DNA of 63,999 nucleotides, the filler included, from Chrysochromulina tobinii (taxonomy: Eukaryota): the NCBI GenBank assembly GCA_001275005.1. It is 5 parts of 5 records of this genome, joined end to end, with 100 filler letters (N's around TTAATTAATTAA, not from the genome) between each part and the next. Parts side by side here need not be neighbours in the genome. Positions count along the whole stretch, not along the records: positions 1 to 22,486 come from JWZX01000911.1; positions 22,587 to 38,346 come from JWZX01000913.1; 3 more parts are not named here. One strand, 5' to 3'. Made by a program: the position numbers and the translations under genes. The notes beneath the pieces are model-generated. The model saw nothing but the letters and a program-made list of their open reading frames with translations. It had not been told where the DNA came from and did not search any database. This document shows positions 21,387 through 32,100 of this stretch, in pieces. Positions within the stretch are counted from its first letter, which is position 1, and each line of letters starts with the position of its first letter.

Positions 21387-22486
21387 TCACAAATAATGGT
21401 CAAGATGGTGCATACGGCTGTCAAATTTCCCCAGATTCACACCCTGCGTCGGCGGTGCCTGTGTGTGCTTCGAGGACTCCGGGTCCGTCGCGCCAGGGTT
21501 GAAGGTTCTGAGCTCGAGCTCGGACCCAGAGTCGGGCTTCGGGGCCGTCATTGCGAACGCGGGTTCTGGCTCCGGGTCCGCCGTTACAGTCACCATCACC
21601 GCCGTTTGAATCGGTTTAGGCACATGGGCCTTGATCGTAACATGTTTGTTGATCTCCTTGATAATCTCATCCAGAGTACTGGGCACGTTGAGCAACGTGC
21701 CGGGGTTTGGGATGTCGTTGATCTTGCCCAGGTGCTCCTGCACATTCGCTATCATCAGCTCCGATCGTTCGTCCGTAAACTTTGCCCACTGCTGTCTTCT
21801 TACGGGCAGATTCTTCTCCTGGAAGCAAATCGGTATGAGGGGGATTTCTCGTTCAATCGCGCTGTTGATCTCTTCCAAGCACGGCTTGGACTCGTACAGT
21901 GCTGCAGTCTTGATGATGATGAGCACCTTGGCGTTTGCTAGTCGCCCCTTCAGTCGCAGCATGAATACCTTCCAGTCCCTCCCAACAGGAACGTGCAGCC
22001 CGCTGAAGCATTGCAGGCCGCACTCGTGGAGGATCCGGACGACACCAGCCGCATAATACATGCCTGGGCCTGCGCCTGGGCAATCCTGCTCACGGCGACC
22101 CGTCGCATATGACAGCACCACTTCAGGATAGTATTCATCGAACGCCGTGCTCTCCGGTATGAGCGAGCGCACGTAGCTCTTCACTTCCTGCGTCAACTCC
22201 TCTGTGATAGTGGGAGGCACCATGAAGACCTCAGCAACATACTTGGCCAACCAAGCGGCCCTCTCCGCTCTCGCTTTCCGAGCTTCGGGCTGGAACACGA
22301 CTGTGCTCATGGACATGTTGCGGAGCCAGTGGTTGACGTCTGCGCGCCGCAGCTGGACTTGTCTGCGCCTCGTCCACCAGCCAACCATCGCCAGGCAGCA
22401 CAGCACAATAATCGCCGCGGGCACGGCGATTGCGAGGATGGTGATGGCGCCACCACCGGCGCTATTTAGCGCGTCCGGCGGCTGTT
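21387..22486 (-). CDS. Single-pass membrane protein with cytoplasmic TIR-like domain, 5'-truncated
   Basis: TM ITILAIAVPAAIIVLCCLAMVGWW followed by TRRR; VVLSYA, VPVGRDW, VLIIIKTAALYESKPCLEEI, IPLIPI; frame open to the contig edge. Confidence 0.7.
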
Positions 22487-22586
22487 NNNNNNNNNNNNNN
22501 NNNNNNNNNNNNNNNNNNNNNNNNNNNNNNTTAATTAATTAANNNNNNNNNNNNNNNNNNNNNNNNNNNNNNNNNNNNNNNNNNNN
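22487..22586. other. Artificial contig linker (N44-TTAATTAATTAA-N44); also at 38347-38446, 48991-49090, 61209-61308
   Basis: Identical spacers with stops in all six frames. Confidence 0.97.
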
Positions 22587-22587
22587 C

Positions 22588-23118
22588 TTGAGCACCGTGC
22601 GGAGCAACCTGCCCGACGAGACTGCAGCCGGTGCTAGGAAAGGCATGTCGATTTCGCACTATGACGAGACGTCCGAACAGCTCCAGGAAATCAACCACGC
22701 GTTTCAGAACTGCTTGAAGATCCGAGACACGCCGATGGTGTACACCTATGTAACCACGCTGCGCTCCTTTCTGATCGTGTGGCTTCTCACGCTGCCGTTT
22801 GCGCTCGTGGGCAAGTTCGGCTGGCTCGCAGTGCCCGTCCACTCCCTTCTGGCCTTCCTCTTTCTCTCCATCGAGCAGATGGCCGTTGAGATCGAGCAGC
22901 CGTTTGGCAACGACGCGAATGATCTTCCGATGGAGAGTTACATCATGGATGCCGAGAAGACGATCGTCGAGCAAATCCCCGGTTACAGATTCGATGGGAG
23001 CGAGGAGTTGGAAGAGCGGCTCGCGCAGCTCGAGGCCGCGTACTACAAGCGAAGTGGCACTCCAATTAGCCCCTTTGCGCGGATGGGATCACCCATGAAG
23101 TCGCCGATGGGCGTATAG
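22588..23118 (+). CDS. Bestrophin-like (UPF0187/YneE-type) anion channel, C-terminal part
   Basis: CLKIRDTPM, WLLTLPFALV, IEQMAVEIEQPFGNDANDLP. Confidence 0.85.
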   Translation: MSTVRSNLPDETAAGARKGMSISHYDETSEQLQEINHAFQNCLKIRDTPMVYTYVTTLRSFLIVWLLTLPFALVGKFGWLAVPVHSLLAFLFLSIEQMAVEIEQPFGNDANDLPMESYIMDAEKTIVEQIPGYRFDGSEELEERLAQLEAAYYKRSGTPISPFARMGSPMKSPMGV

Positions 23119-23468
23119 CGAATTCTCAGATCATTCTTCAACTCGACCAGGAAAGATGCCTGCGAAAGGCAAGCGACGGGGCCGGGGGGTGGGTTGACCC
23201 TGCCTTTTCCGCATTTCATTGCGTGCCATGTTGTTCAGTGCTGTTCGGCCGCAGCTACGCAGCTCTCGAGAGAAGAGAGGCAGGCGCGCCTGTGATGCTT
23301 CGGTGAGCTTGCCAGTGTGGCGCTGGCAAGTTTCCGGACACCGACTGTAGCGTTATTACTCAGAGGTTCCGGCCGTTAAAAGTGACTTTCACGCGAGACA
23401 CCGTCTAACAGTTTATCGATATTGGTCACGATCCTCACGGTGCACAGTCTCGTGATCTCACTCGTACG

Positions 23469-25592
23469 TCACGCGATTCGGCCGGCCTCAAAGTAGAGCC
23501 GCATCCCCCGTCCGGTGGCACGGGCGGCGGCGGGCGGATAGAAAGGCGGGTTGAGCGCGAGTACAGCGCATGCGTGCATGATCGTCAGGCCGTGCGTGCG
23601 TTCCAGCGCGCAGAGGAGCGCCGATTGAACCGCAAGGCCGATACGATTGTTGGCCAGGAAGATGCGGCACTTCGAGCCGGAGACTTCAAGCGCGGCAGCC
23701 AGTGCCATGCCCCCCTCGTCGGCGATGTCATTTAGGTTGAGATCCACCAGGGCCAGCTTCGAAGGCAGGCCGCCAGACTGGAGGGCTATGGCGAACGACG
23801 AGGCGCCGGCATCGCCAAAGAGGCAGCCAGAGAGGCCCAGAAACTCCAGCTTCGGCGCCACGCCGCGGCGAAACGCGCCAGTGAGCGTGCGGACGCCGAC
23901 GACCCCGAATCGATTAAAATTACAGTCCAAGATCTTGAGAGCTGGGAGGGCGTCGGGATCCAGCGCATCCATCAGAGCTGCCATGCCTTCGTCGCTCAAC
24001 CTGGTGGCGGTCAGAGTGATGCTCTCCAAGCTTGAGCAGTAGTTCAACGCTTCAGACAGGCGCGAGGGAGAGCACCACTCGTCATCCTGCTGCAGCGCGA
24101 GGCCCTGGTAGTTTAGGGACACAATTGTCCCGAGCACCGCCGAGGCCGTCCTTCGGTAGAGCTCGAGGACTGCCCCCTTGTCGGCACCGTTGGTGAACTG
24201 CCGAGTCTCGAGGAGTGCTTCCATCCGCTCCGGCGTCGTGGGGAGCCGCCGGCGCGCACCGCCCTTGCCCTCGTTCCCATCCAGGCCCACGTCGATCACC
24301 AGCTTCCACTGCGCCCTGTTGAGCTTGAAGCTCTTCGCGAGCTCCGCACTGCATTGCTCAAACGTGGTCCACCCTCGCGCCGCATACGTGCGTGTAACAT
24401 CGAACCCGATCGGGAGCTCGTCCGGCAATTCGGTGAGCAGAATGACCGTCGTCGCGCCATGGCCGTACCACAAATCCATTGTATTCTCCAGCGCGCGGCG
24501 GAACGCAGCCGTTTCCTCCGAGCTTCGGCTCTCATTGTACGCATGCCGCTCGGCCACCATCTTCGGCCCGTCCACGGCCACTACGGCCAGGTCCTGGTCG
24601 CTCTTCCAGCGAGCGGGCCCATCCATCCAACTTTGCCACTTTTGGGGGTCTTTCTGGTAGAGGGACGCCCAATCGATGAACACGCCCATGTCTGAGAAGC
24701 CGTACTGCTGGCATGCACCGAGCAGCCCACCGCGACCATAGAGCTCCCGAAGCTTTCGGAACATGAGCCGCAGCTGGGCGCCATGCTGATCCGGGTGCGC
24801 CGCCTCGAGCCAAATGTATGAAACCGCGACGATGGGCACCAGATGATCGACATTTCGTTTCCGACGCACGAGAGCCACGAGGACATCTTTCACAGCCGTG
24901 AAGAGTGGCTTACCTGCCGCCGCTGCCACGGCCAGAAAGAAGCCCTCTACGTAGAAGGCGGCCTTGGCACCCGCTTCGATCTTTTTCAGCCGCGCAGAGT
25001 CGATGAAAGCCTCCTCGGGGAGCTCTTGCCGCCGCGCCAGAGTGCCACCCCTCTCTGCGAGGGCTGTGAGCCACTTGAGGCTCACAAGGCGGACGTCGCC
25101 ATTCTCCAGCGCGGCCCACAAGGAATCGGGCTGCCGGTACCGGTTACCGTCGAGTTGCATATTTTCGCTCGATCGCTGCTTCTGGATGGAGATTGGTGCG
25201 CTCGACGCCGGCGTGCCGGCCGCTTCCTCGTCAAGCGGCCTCGTCTGTGTTTGACCAATCCCTCGCAGGAGCCCAAGCACGTGCAGCAGCTCCATGACCA
25301 CGTGTGCAGCAGGATGGAACACGAGGATGGAGAACGCGCTGAGCACGAAGAACGCGCTGCCCACTGGGATGTCCACGAATATGGTCGTCGGAAGAGAAAA
25401 CGGCAAGCGATGCCAGTGCTTTGGAAGGCCTCGGCCGTCTTTGACGATGAAGCCGGCAGTGATGAAAGGGAAGACGAGCACCACCACGACAGGCACGAAG
25501 GGCAGGCCGACACCCAGGATGCTGAGCACGACCGTGTAGAACTGCAGCAGGTGAATAATCGCCGGCCCGAGCCGAGTCGACATGGTGCTCAA
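23469..25592 (-). CDS. N-terminal TM segments + HET-like domain + RNI-like LRRs
   Basis: AVSYIW, VFIDWASLYQ, MDLWY, RGWTTFE; LRRs LKILDCNFNRFG, LEFLGLSGCLFGDAG, VDLNLNDIADEG. Confidence 0.65.
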   Translation of the reverse strand: MSTMSTRLGPAIIHLLQFYTVVLSILGVGLPFVPVVVVLVFPFITAGFIVKDGRGLPKHWHRLPFSLPTTIFVDIPVGSAFFVLSAFSILVFHPAAHVVMELLHVLGLLRGIGQTQTRPLDEEAAGTPASSAPISIQKQRSSENMQLDGNRYRQPDSLWAALENGDVRLVSLKWLTALAERGGTLARRQELPEEAFIDSARLKKIEAGAKAAFYVEGFFLAVAAAAGKPLFTAVKDVLVALVRRKRNVDHLVPIVAVSYIWLEAAHPDQHGAQLRLMFRKLRELYGRGGLLGACQQYGFSDMGVFIDWASLYQKDPQKWQSWMDGPARWKSDQDLAVVAVDGPKMVAERHAYNESRSSEETAAFRRALENTMDLWYGHGATTVILLTELPDELPIGFDVTRTYAARGWTTFEQCSAELAKSFKLNRAQWKLVIDVGLDGNEGKGGARRRLPTTPERMEALLETRQFTNGADKGAVLELYRRTASAVLGTIVSLNYQGLALQQDDEWCSPSRLSEALNYCSSLESITLTATRLSDEGMAALMDALDPDALPALKILDCNFNRFGVVGVRTLTGAFRRGVAPKLEFLGLSGCLFGDAGASSFAIALQSGGLPSKLALVDLNLNDIADEGGMALAAALEVSGSKCRIFLANNRIGLAVQSALLCALERTHGLTIMHACAVLALNPPFYPPAAARATGRGMRLYFEAGRIA

Positions 25593-25723
25593 GGATCCTC
25601 GAGCGAGATGCGTGATGAGTTTCCAACGTGCTCGCGATCGTTACCGGTAGAGTCATTTGAACGGTACATGACTCCTTCAAGCAACAGACCTTTTCCAAAT
25701 TAGGGGCTGTGAAAGCGCGGGCG

Positions 25724-26524
25724 ATGCTGGAGCCCGCTCTCAAGTGCTTGTGGACGTGCGCGACGGCAGTTGGCACACGAAAGCTTGGCTGGCTCGTCAG
25801 CCGCATTTCCACCTACAGCGATACTGCCTTCTACTTCGAAGGCGTCGAAGGCGTGGTTGCGCTCACCATCGACGATGGGCTGGCGCGTGGCGGGGTGGAG
25901 ACGAGCCTGGTGAGCGAGGTGCTCAGCTTGCTCGAGCGTCACGATGCGCGGTGCACGTTCTTCGTGTGCTCCAAGTATTTGGCTTCGTTGGGGGCCGACA
26001 GGGTCGTCGCTGCCGGCCACGAGTTTGGCAACCACATGGAGGAGGACAAGTTTGGATACTCGAAGCTCATGCCTGACGAGTTTGAGAGGGCGCTCAAGGA
26101 GTCGAATGACGTGATCGAGGCGGAATCGGGCGCCACCGTCCGCTGGTTCCGTGCGCCGCAGGGCGTCCTGACGTCGAGCATGCGTCGCGCGATCGTGCGA
26201 TTGAAGCTTCGCCACGCCATCGGCGACGCCTACTGCGACGACTGGGCAGTGAGCGACGCCGATTGGGTGGCGCGGACGCTGCTCCGCCAGGCTAAGGCAG
26301 GCTCGATTGTCATCTTGCACATGCCAGAGCGAGGCCACCGAGAACACACGCTGGAGGCGCTCACAATGGTGCTCCAGGGCCTGTCGGATCGTGGTCTAAA
26401 GTGCGTGACGCTGACGGAGATAGATAGAGGCGAAAGCAAAAGGGGCGCGGGAGATCCCGGTGGAGGTGCTGTAGACGTTTTACAGGCGTCACACTATCAC
26501 GTGAATATCATGGCTAAACGGTAA
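25724..26524 (+). CDS. Polysaccharide deacetylase (CE4/NodB family)
   Basis: ALTIDDG, CTFF, HEFGNHM, FRAPQG, GSIVILH. Confidence 0.85.
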   Translation: MLEPALKCLWTCATAVGTRKLGWLVSRISTYSDTAFYFEGVEGVVALTIDDGLARGGVETSLVSEVLSLLERHDARCTFFVCSKYLASLGADRVVAAGHEFGNHMEEDKFGYSKLMPDEFERALKESNDVIEAESGATVRWFRAPQGVLTSSMRRAIVRLKLRHAIGDAYCDDWAVSDADWVARTLLRQAKAGSIVILHMPERGHREHTLEALTMVLQGLSDRGLKCVTLTEIDRGESKRGAGDPGGGAVDVLQASHYHVNIMAKR

Positions 26525-27416
26525 ACTGTGGTATCCCATGCGAAACCGACTGAGACCGGACGTGACCAATGCATGATCGACCGACACCGGCATGGCACGC
26601 AACTCAGTCTCTCATCTGTACACATTGACAAAGTGTTCCTGATGAACCGCGAACCGGATGCACATCGCACCGGTCGCGCTGCGCGACGTCGGAAGACGAG
26701 ACCGATATCCCTATCGCGGATGATCGACATGATTGACAGAAGCGCTACCCACGCACGGACCGTAGACCTGAGGCTGCGGCAAGACAACCGAACGACGGCA
26801 GAGTTATGACGACGGTTGACAAAACCCTAACCCAGCTCCCCCCTCCCCCCTCCCCCCACCTGATTGCCTATCACAATCCCGCCCGGTAGTATAGGGCAGC
26901 GAGCACCAGAGATCACCCTGTGTGCTGGGAGTGACGCAGTGACCGACCCCTCACTAGCGAAATTGAGTAGGAGGCCGTCGTAGCCCGAGAGAGCGAGTAC
27001 CAGTACTTGTGTTGACCGAGGGGAACGGAGCCGTCCTTTGAGACGGTGCATGCACTCCCATATCTAGCAGAGGGTGATGGATGCGCATTGTAAGTGCGGG
27101 GGGACCGACACATGCCTGTGGGGTGCGCGCTGTGCCCTGAGCCGGCTGAGGCCTGTGAGCTGATGCAGAGGAGAGAAGATGTTTAACGGTGATCGGACGT
27201 TCCGGACAGTGTGGGATGCCCAGAGAAAAATTTCGACAATTTCCACACAAGGAAAGATGCACCAGTTGCTTTGGGCAATTCGTCAAGGTGGTTACGGAAA
27301 TCCCACGCGCGTGAGCGGGGCGTGTGGGCAGGACCGTACATGTAGTCCATCTCTTCTGTTGTCCTCTCCGCCTTCCCAACTTGTCCCTCTGAATAACCGC
27401 ATTAAAGCCTTAAGTT

Positions 27417-27718
27417 TGATTTTGTATCTCGGTATATCTTGATGTATCTTGATGAAGAGTCCAGGATACATGTACATGTATCCTGATGTATCTTGATATG
27501 TACATGTATCCAGTGTGACACCTTTTAGTGACACCAAGGAAGCGCGCAAGATACATGTATCTTGATGTATCTGATATGTATCCCCTATGTGTACTTGTAT
27601 GTGTATCTTGGACTCCTTTAGGGTAGGGAGATTCAGGTTACGTGTAGAATAAATGCAAAACATTGAGATACATGTAAGATACGTGTATTCTCTTCCAATG
27701 TAACAGAGCATGTAAGAT
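27417..27718 (+). repeat. Solo internal fragment of the GATACAT-rich transposon family
   Basis: Colinear with about 30847-31110 (shared TGATGAAGAGTCCA, GTGACACCAAGGAAGCGCGCAAGATACATGTATCTTG, TAACAGAGCATGTAA). Confidence 0.85.
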
Positions 27719-28222
27719 AGAGTCAGCCTCGACAGGCTCATACGCGTCGCATCGGCGGCGTCGTTGCGAATTCAGATAGTTCGCGGAGCTGTATTTTTGA
27801 GGGGTTACGGCCCGAAGCGGCGCCCGCCGGTGTCGATCACCCCTAGACACAGGCGTGCCCGCCAGGGCGCGCAACACATTTCACTCCATCACGCCACTTC
27901 GTTTCGTCACGAATGGCCGGCCCCGTCCGTCACTCGACAGACTCGGCCCCTCAGCCGGCATCGACCTCGATGCCTTGTTGCCTTCCCATCGCAGACGCCT
28001 CAACCCGTCCTCGCGCCCGCGCCCATGTAGGCATCAGCCGGCTGCAGTTCTTCTTTTTCCCCACCCAATGCCGTGCATCTTCCCGACCGCCTGGTCCGGA
28101 CCGCCCGGTCCTTCTTGGCGAGCGCCCACTCTCGCCACAATCCCCTTCTTCACACTCGTCTCTCGCCACCGCCCCCCCGGACATCGCTGCCTTGATGCTC
28201 AATGCCGTTGCCGTTCCCGACA

Positions 28223-29959
28223 CTATTCCGACACGACGCTTTGTATGTCTCGGCACATGCCTCGTGACAAGAGCAGGCTCTGCCCCTTTCCGAGCTCCGG
28301 ACGGTCACAACTCCCTTGCTCCTTCCGCAGTTCTGCGGATCCTACGTGGAACAGGTGAAAGTCTCTCAGGATAACGGTCAGGTTGCCCAGGTTTCCCGCC
28401 TCTGCAGCGAAGCTTGAGCCGGCGGTCCCAATGAGGACGGTCGAGGCCGAGAGCACCGCCATCTCGAGCAGAGGGGCCAGGTGATGACCGGGCGCGCTGT
28501 GGAACCCAAAATCCTCGTTCGGGGCGTATCTCGCATCGGGCCCCAACTTGTGGATGGCATGCCTCAGAGCTTGCCACGAGCTGCTTGACACAAAGATCGG
28601 CGCATTGCACATGATCGACCGCTGTCGGCACGAGGCTTTGCGCGCCTCAAGGGCACAGCGGACGGCGTCGTCGATGTCGCGCTCTTCTCTACTCGTCAGA
28701 TTCTTCTTTTGGGGCCACGTGTGCCTATCCCACCGCTGGCAGTTTTGTCCACCGACAACCCGACAGCCCCGCATCAGCTGCCTGAACTCATTGCCACCGC
28801 CGACATCGACTCGGAGCTGCAGCCCAATCCATGGCCGATGAAATGAGAGATTGATTGCTTTGAGGTGGGTACAGGCCGCTTGGACGAGCGCAGGCGTCGG
28901 CGCGAGAAAGTGACGATACTGTGCGTACGCGATTGGGACGGCGTCTCTCTGCTTCCAGAGCGGGTGCACTGCGTCTTGGAAGAGCCCATGGGTCACGACG
29001 ACTGGATGCGAGCTCGTCGCTGACAGGTTGATGAACGTCTGAACCGCGGTGAAGTGCTCCTTGACCCGTGGAAACAGGTTATAGATCATGGGAGCGCACA
29101 TCCGTCCACGGTACCCGTCGCTGGCCGCCCTCGCCTCGGCCGCGTCCAGGGGTAGGTTGGTAATGGTGAGTCTGTAAGGGAATCGCCAACCAATCTTGCC
29201 ATCGGCATCGGAGTACGGCCCTTGCATCCACAAGTCGCCCATAAGCCGTCCGCTGTTGACGAGTCCAAGCACCTTTGCCGACGTCCCATTCGGTGTGGAG
29301 CCGTCCGCAGGTTGCAGATACGGCCCCTCGAGCCACTCACCCCAGCGAATCGCCAAACTGCGACCCGACGCCCGGGCGAGCTCAAAGCTGGCCCGGAGCC
29401 CCGCGAGTCGGTTGCCCAGCCCGTTGCTGGCGACCGGGTACGTGACGAGCCAGCGTTCAGCGGCCGAGCTCGAAGGGCGATAGGTGGCATGCTGGCTGCA
29501 AATCATCTGGAGCACCGGCTTGCCTTGCCACACCATCTTCGTAAGATTTGCATGCCGAGTGGCTTTCGTGTAGGTGCAGCTGTGAATTCGCGTACTCTCC
29601 CATTTCGTGTCTTTGCAGGCCGAGATGCGCTTCTCCAGCATAGCCGACTTGAAGCCCGTAGGTGCGTTTTTCAGCGCGTCCATGTCGCACTCATGGAACC
29701 ACGAGCAGTCATTCCACTGAATCGAAACTGATATGTAGCGGCAGCGCTGGCAATTGGTGCAGCGCTTCGCGCAGTAGTCAAAAGCTGCTTCCCACGAGCT
29801 CCGGTGCCTAGGGCCATTCAACGCCCACGAGCCTTTGTGGCCTCGCTTGCAGTTGCTAGCAGATGCTGCCTTTGTGACTTCACAGTACCCGGTGCGGCAG
29901 AGTGAGCCATTAGCCTTGATCTCGACCACTTGATTTACCCATGCGAATGAGGTGAGCAT
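28223..29959 (-). CDS. Fucosyltransferase-like (GT-B, NodZ/POFUT-type) protein with N-terminal Cys-rich domain
   Basis: NGLGNRL, WIGLQLRV, IFVSS, LLEMAVLSASTVLIGTAGSSFA; Cys module CAKRCTNCQRCRYISVSIQWNDCSWFHEC. Confidence 0.65.
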   Translation of the reverse strand: MLTSFAWVNQVVEIKANGSLCRTGYCEVTKAASASNCKRGHKGSWALNGPRHRSSWEAAFDYCAKRCTNCQRCRYISVSIQWNDCSWFHECDMDALKNAPTGFKSAMLEKRISACKDTKWESTRIHSCTYTKATRHANLTKMVWQGKPVLQMICSQHATYRPSSSAAERWLVTYPVASNGLGNRLAGLRASFELARASGRSLAIRWGEWLEGPYLQPADGSTPNGTSAKVLGLVNSGRLMGDLWMQGPYSDADGKIGWRFPYRLTITNLPLDAAEARAASDGYRGRMCAPMIYNLFPRVKEHFTAVQTFINLSATSSHPVVVTHGLFQDAVHPLWKQRDAVPIAYAQYRHFLAPTPALVQAACTHLKAINLSFHRPWIGLQLRVDVGGGNEFRQLMRGCRVVGGQNCQRWDRHTWPQKKNLTSREERDIDDAVRCALEARKASCRQRSIMCNAPIFVSSSSWQALRHAIHKLGPDARYAPNEDFGFHSAPGHHLAPLLEMAVLSASTVLIGTAGSSFAAEAGNLGNLTVILRDFHLFHVGSAELRKEQGSCDRPELGKGQSLLLSRGMCRDIQSVVSE

Positions 29960-31193
29960 ACAGTCAGTATGACGGTGCGGATGGAGGCGGCGTTGATGCG
30001 GTTCCAGCGCGCCTCGGCGCTCGGGCGGTGTGGGGGAGTCGAGAGGGTACAGTACAGTATACTGTAACCGGGAACAGTATATACGGGGTCGACCTTGTAC
30101 GGCCACGAACTAGGAATTAGTGTTTCGTCACTAGGACTACGTACGCAATCTCCGTATTATAGTCACACCGCGCGCTACACGCGCCCCCGTGGGCGTTCAC
30201 ACAACACACACCTCGTCAGCACTCACGTGCTCTCCTCACCTAGAGGGATCGGCATCCTCGCGCAGTCCCCACGGCGCGACCAAAGGGCAGGAGGGCGACG
30301 CACGCGTCGGACCCCCCTACACACTAGCCAACACACAGGGGGGTCAGGGGGGGTTTCTTCTCCTTTTGGGGGGGGGCTCCTATCGGATACGTATCCTGAT
30401 GTATCTTGATGTTTTCTTGATGTATCCTGCATGTATCCAGATACATGACACACAAGATACAATCACGATACAAGTCAGATACATGCGTGATACATTTAAA
30501 GATACACACAAGATACGTATATCGAGCCCTACTTGCGACCGCGCTTGGATACCCCCAAACCCCCGAGATACGTGTCCCGCATGTATCCCGCATGTATTCC
30601 GCATGTATCCCGCATGTATCTTGATTACCTCTGAGGATACATGTATCTCGCATGTATCCTGCACGTATCCCGCATGTCTCCTTCATATCAGATACATCTC
30701 TCTCTGGATGCATTTGAGATACATGTATCTCATCATGTATCTTGGATGTATCCCGCATATATTTTGATCACCCTTGCAGATACATGTACCTCGCATGTAT
30801 CCCGCAGATACGTACCTCGTCATGACGCGTCCAAGGTACATGTATCATGATTTTGTATATCGGTGTATCCTGATGTATCACAAGATGTATCGTGATGAAG
30901 AGTCCAAGATACACGTATCCTGATGTATCTTGATATGTATCCAGTGTGACACCAAGGAAGCGCGCAAGATACATGTATCTTGTTGTATCTGATGTCGTGA
31001 TGTGTATCCCAAAATGTATACATGTAATGGACTCCTTTGGGATACGTGTAAAACACATGCAAAATGTCAAGATACATGCATTCTCTTGGAATTAACAGAG
31101 CATGTAAAGATACATTTGAGATACATCTGGAAACACTCAACGTGTATCCTTCAGGATACATGCAGGCCACCATAGGCGCCCAGATAATGACCC

Positions 31194-31571
31194 CTATCTC
31201 CACTGAGCGTCCAGCCATTTGCCCCTTGGGTTAAGAGAGAGCTGTGGTGGTGTCTGTTCAGCTACGACTCGGAGCATTTCCCTGACATAATCTCGCATCG
31301 TCAACATCTTCTTCACTAGATACCCAAACAGATACCCGGGACCTAAGAAAGCTCGGTGCCCCCAGAAGAGAAGCCGAGTGTATCAGCGGCGCCCTCAGAA
31401 AGCATAAACATTCCTGTCAGTCCAGTTCCCAGGCATGTTAAACAAATTCCCACTGGATACCAACCACTCTCGCTCGCGACGTAACCTTTGCGAGTGACCA
31501 ACAATTCCTCGTGGTTCTTTACGCATTGCACGCAGTGCGAGAGTTTGTATAGAAGGTACATTAGACGCCAT
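31194..31571 (-). pseudogene. Cargo ORF C (126 codons, two internal TGA)
   Basis: MASNVPSIQTLALRAM...VYAF*GRR*YTRLLFWGH...KWLDAQWR-TAG; TGAs at 31395-31397 and 31383-31385. Confidence 0.5.
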
Positions 31572-31618
31572 TTTCAGGAAGGGGTTGGAAATTGCGGTTA
31601 CCGCGTCGTGTTGGGCGC

Positions 31619-32044
31619 TTACCGGTGTGTATAACCTCGCCATTGCATGTATTGTTGGTCGCGCGCAGCTAAATCCACAATGTCATTGAAACCCCGTCGG
31701 TCTCTGGTGTGCCACCCTTCTTGACCCGGGGTCACTCTCCAAAGCCCATCTTCACGATACTCAAAGGGTGACCCGGTGGGCCCAAACTGACTATAATGAT
31801 TTGGATACCTTATGTAATAATCAGGCGCAATAGTGTGAATGTAAACGAGGTTGATACGCGGGATTCTAGCTCGCGCAATGATCTTGCGAAAAATCTCGTT
31901 TAATCTCTTTAAAAGCTGTTGGGTCCGAGTCACAATTGGTCGTATGACCCACTCCCAGGCTCCACTCACACGTCTTAGTTCCGTGTTGTCCCCTGCGTTA
32001 AACCAGTTAATGAATAGGGGGCGATTCGCGCGCGTCGCGGGCAT
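31619..32044 (-). CDS. Cargo ORF B, 141 aa, unknown function
   Basis: Intact ATG-TAA frame, intronless, visibly less GC-rich than host genes, flanked on both sides by the 27-bp motif. Confidence 0.55.
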   Translation of the reverse strand: MPATRANRPLFINWFNAGDNTELRRVSGAWEWVIRPIVTRTQQLLKRLNEIFRKIIARARIPRINLVYIHTIAPDYYIRYPNHYSQFGPTGSPFEYREDGLWRVTPGQEGWHTRDRRGFNDIVDLAARDQQYMQWRGYTHR

Positions 32045-32100
32045 AAGCTGTCACAATACTTTTAGAATATGCTCATGCGGTTGCCACGTCGTGTTGGGCG

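Noticed and set aside
22487..22586. TTAATTAATTAA palindrome within N runs, four occurrences
   Set aside because: Artificial contig joiner. Adjacency across it, such as the TIR gene beside the bestrophin and HET-LRR genes, is not evidence of a cluster.
30385..31163. CRISPR-like or coding interpretation of the GATACATG-rich region
   Set aside because: No constant repeat with unique spacers. The overlapping MYL/DTC/IH-rich ORFs on both strands are by-products of the transposon's subterminal repeats.
31572..31621. Integron attC interpretation of the inter-ORF motif
   Set aside because: RYYYAAC is present after the stop, but there is no downstream GTTRRRY, the intergenic gaps are too short for a typical attC and no integrase is visible. 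Kept only as an unexplained motif.
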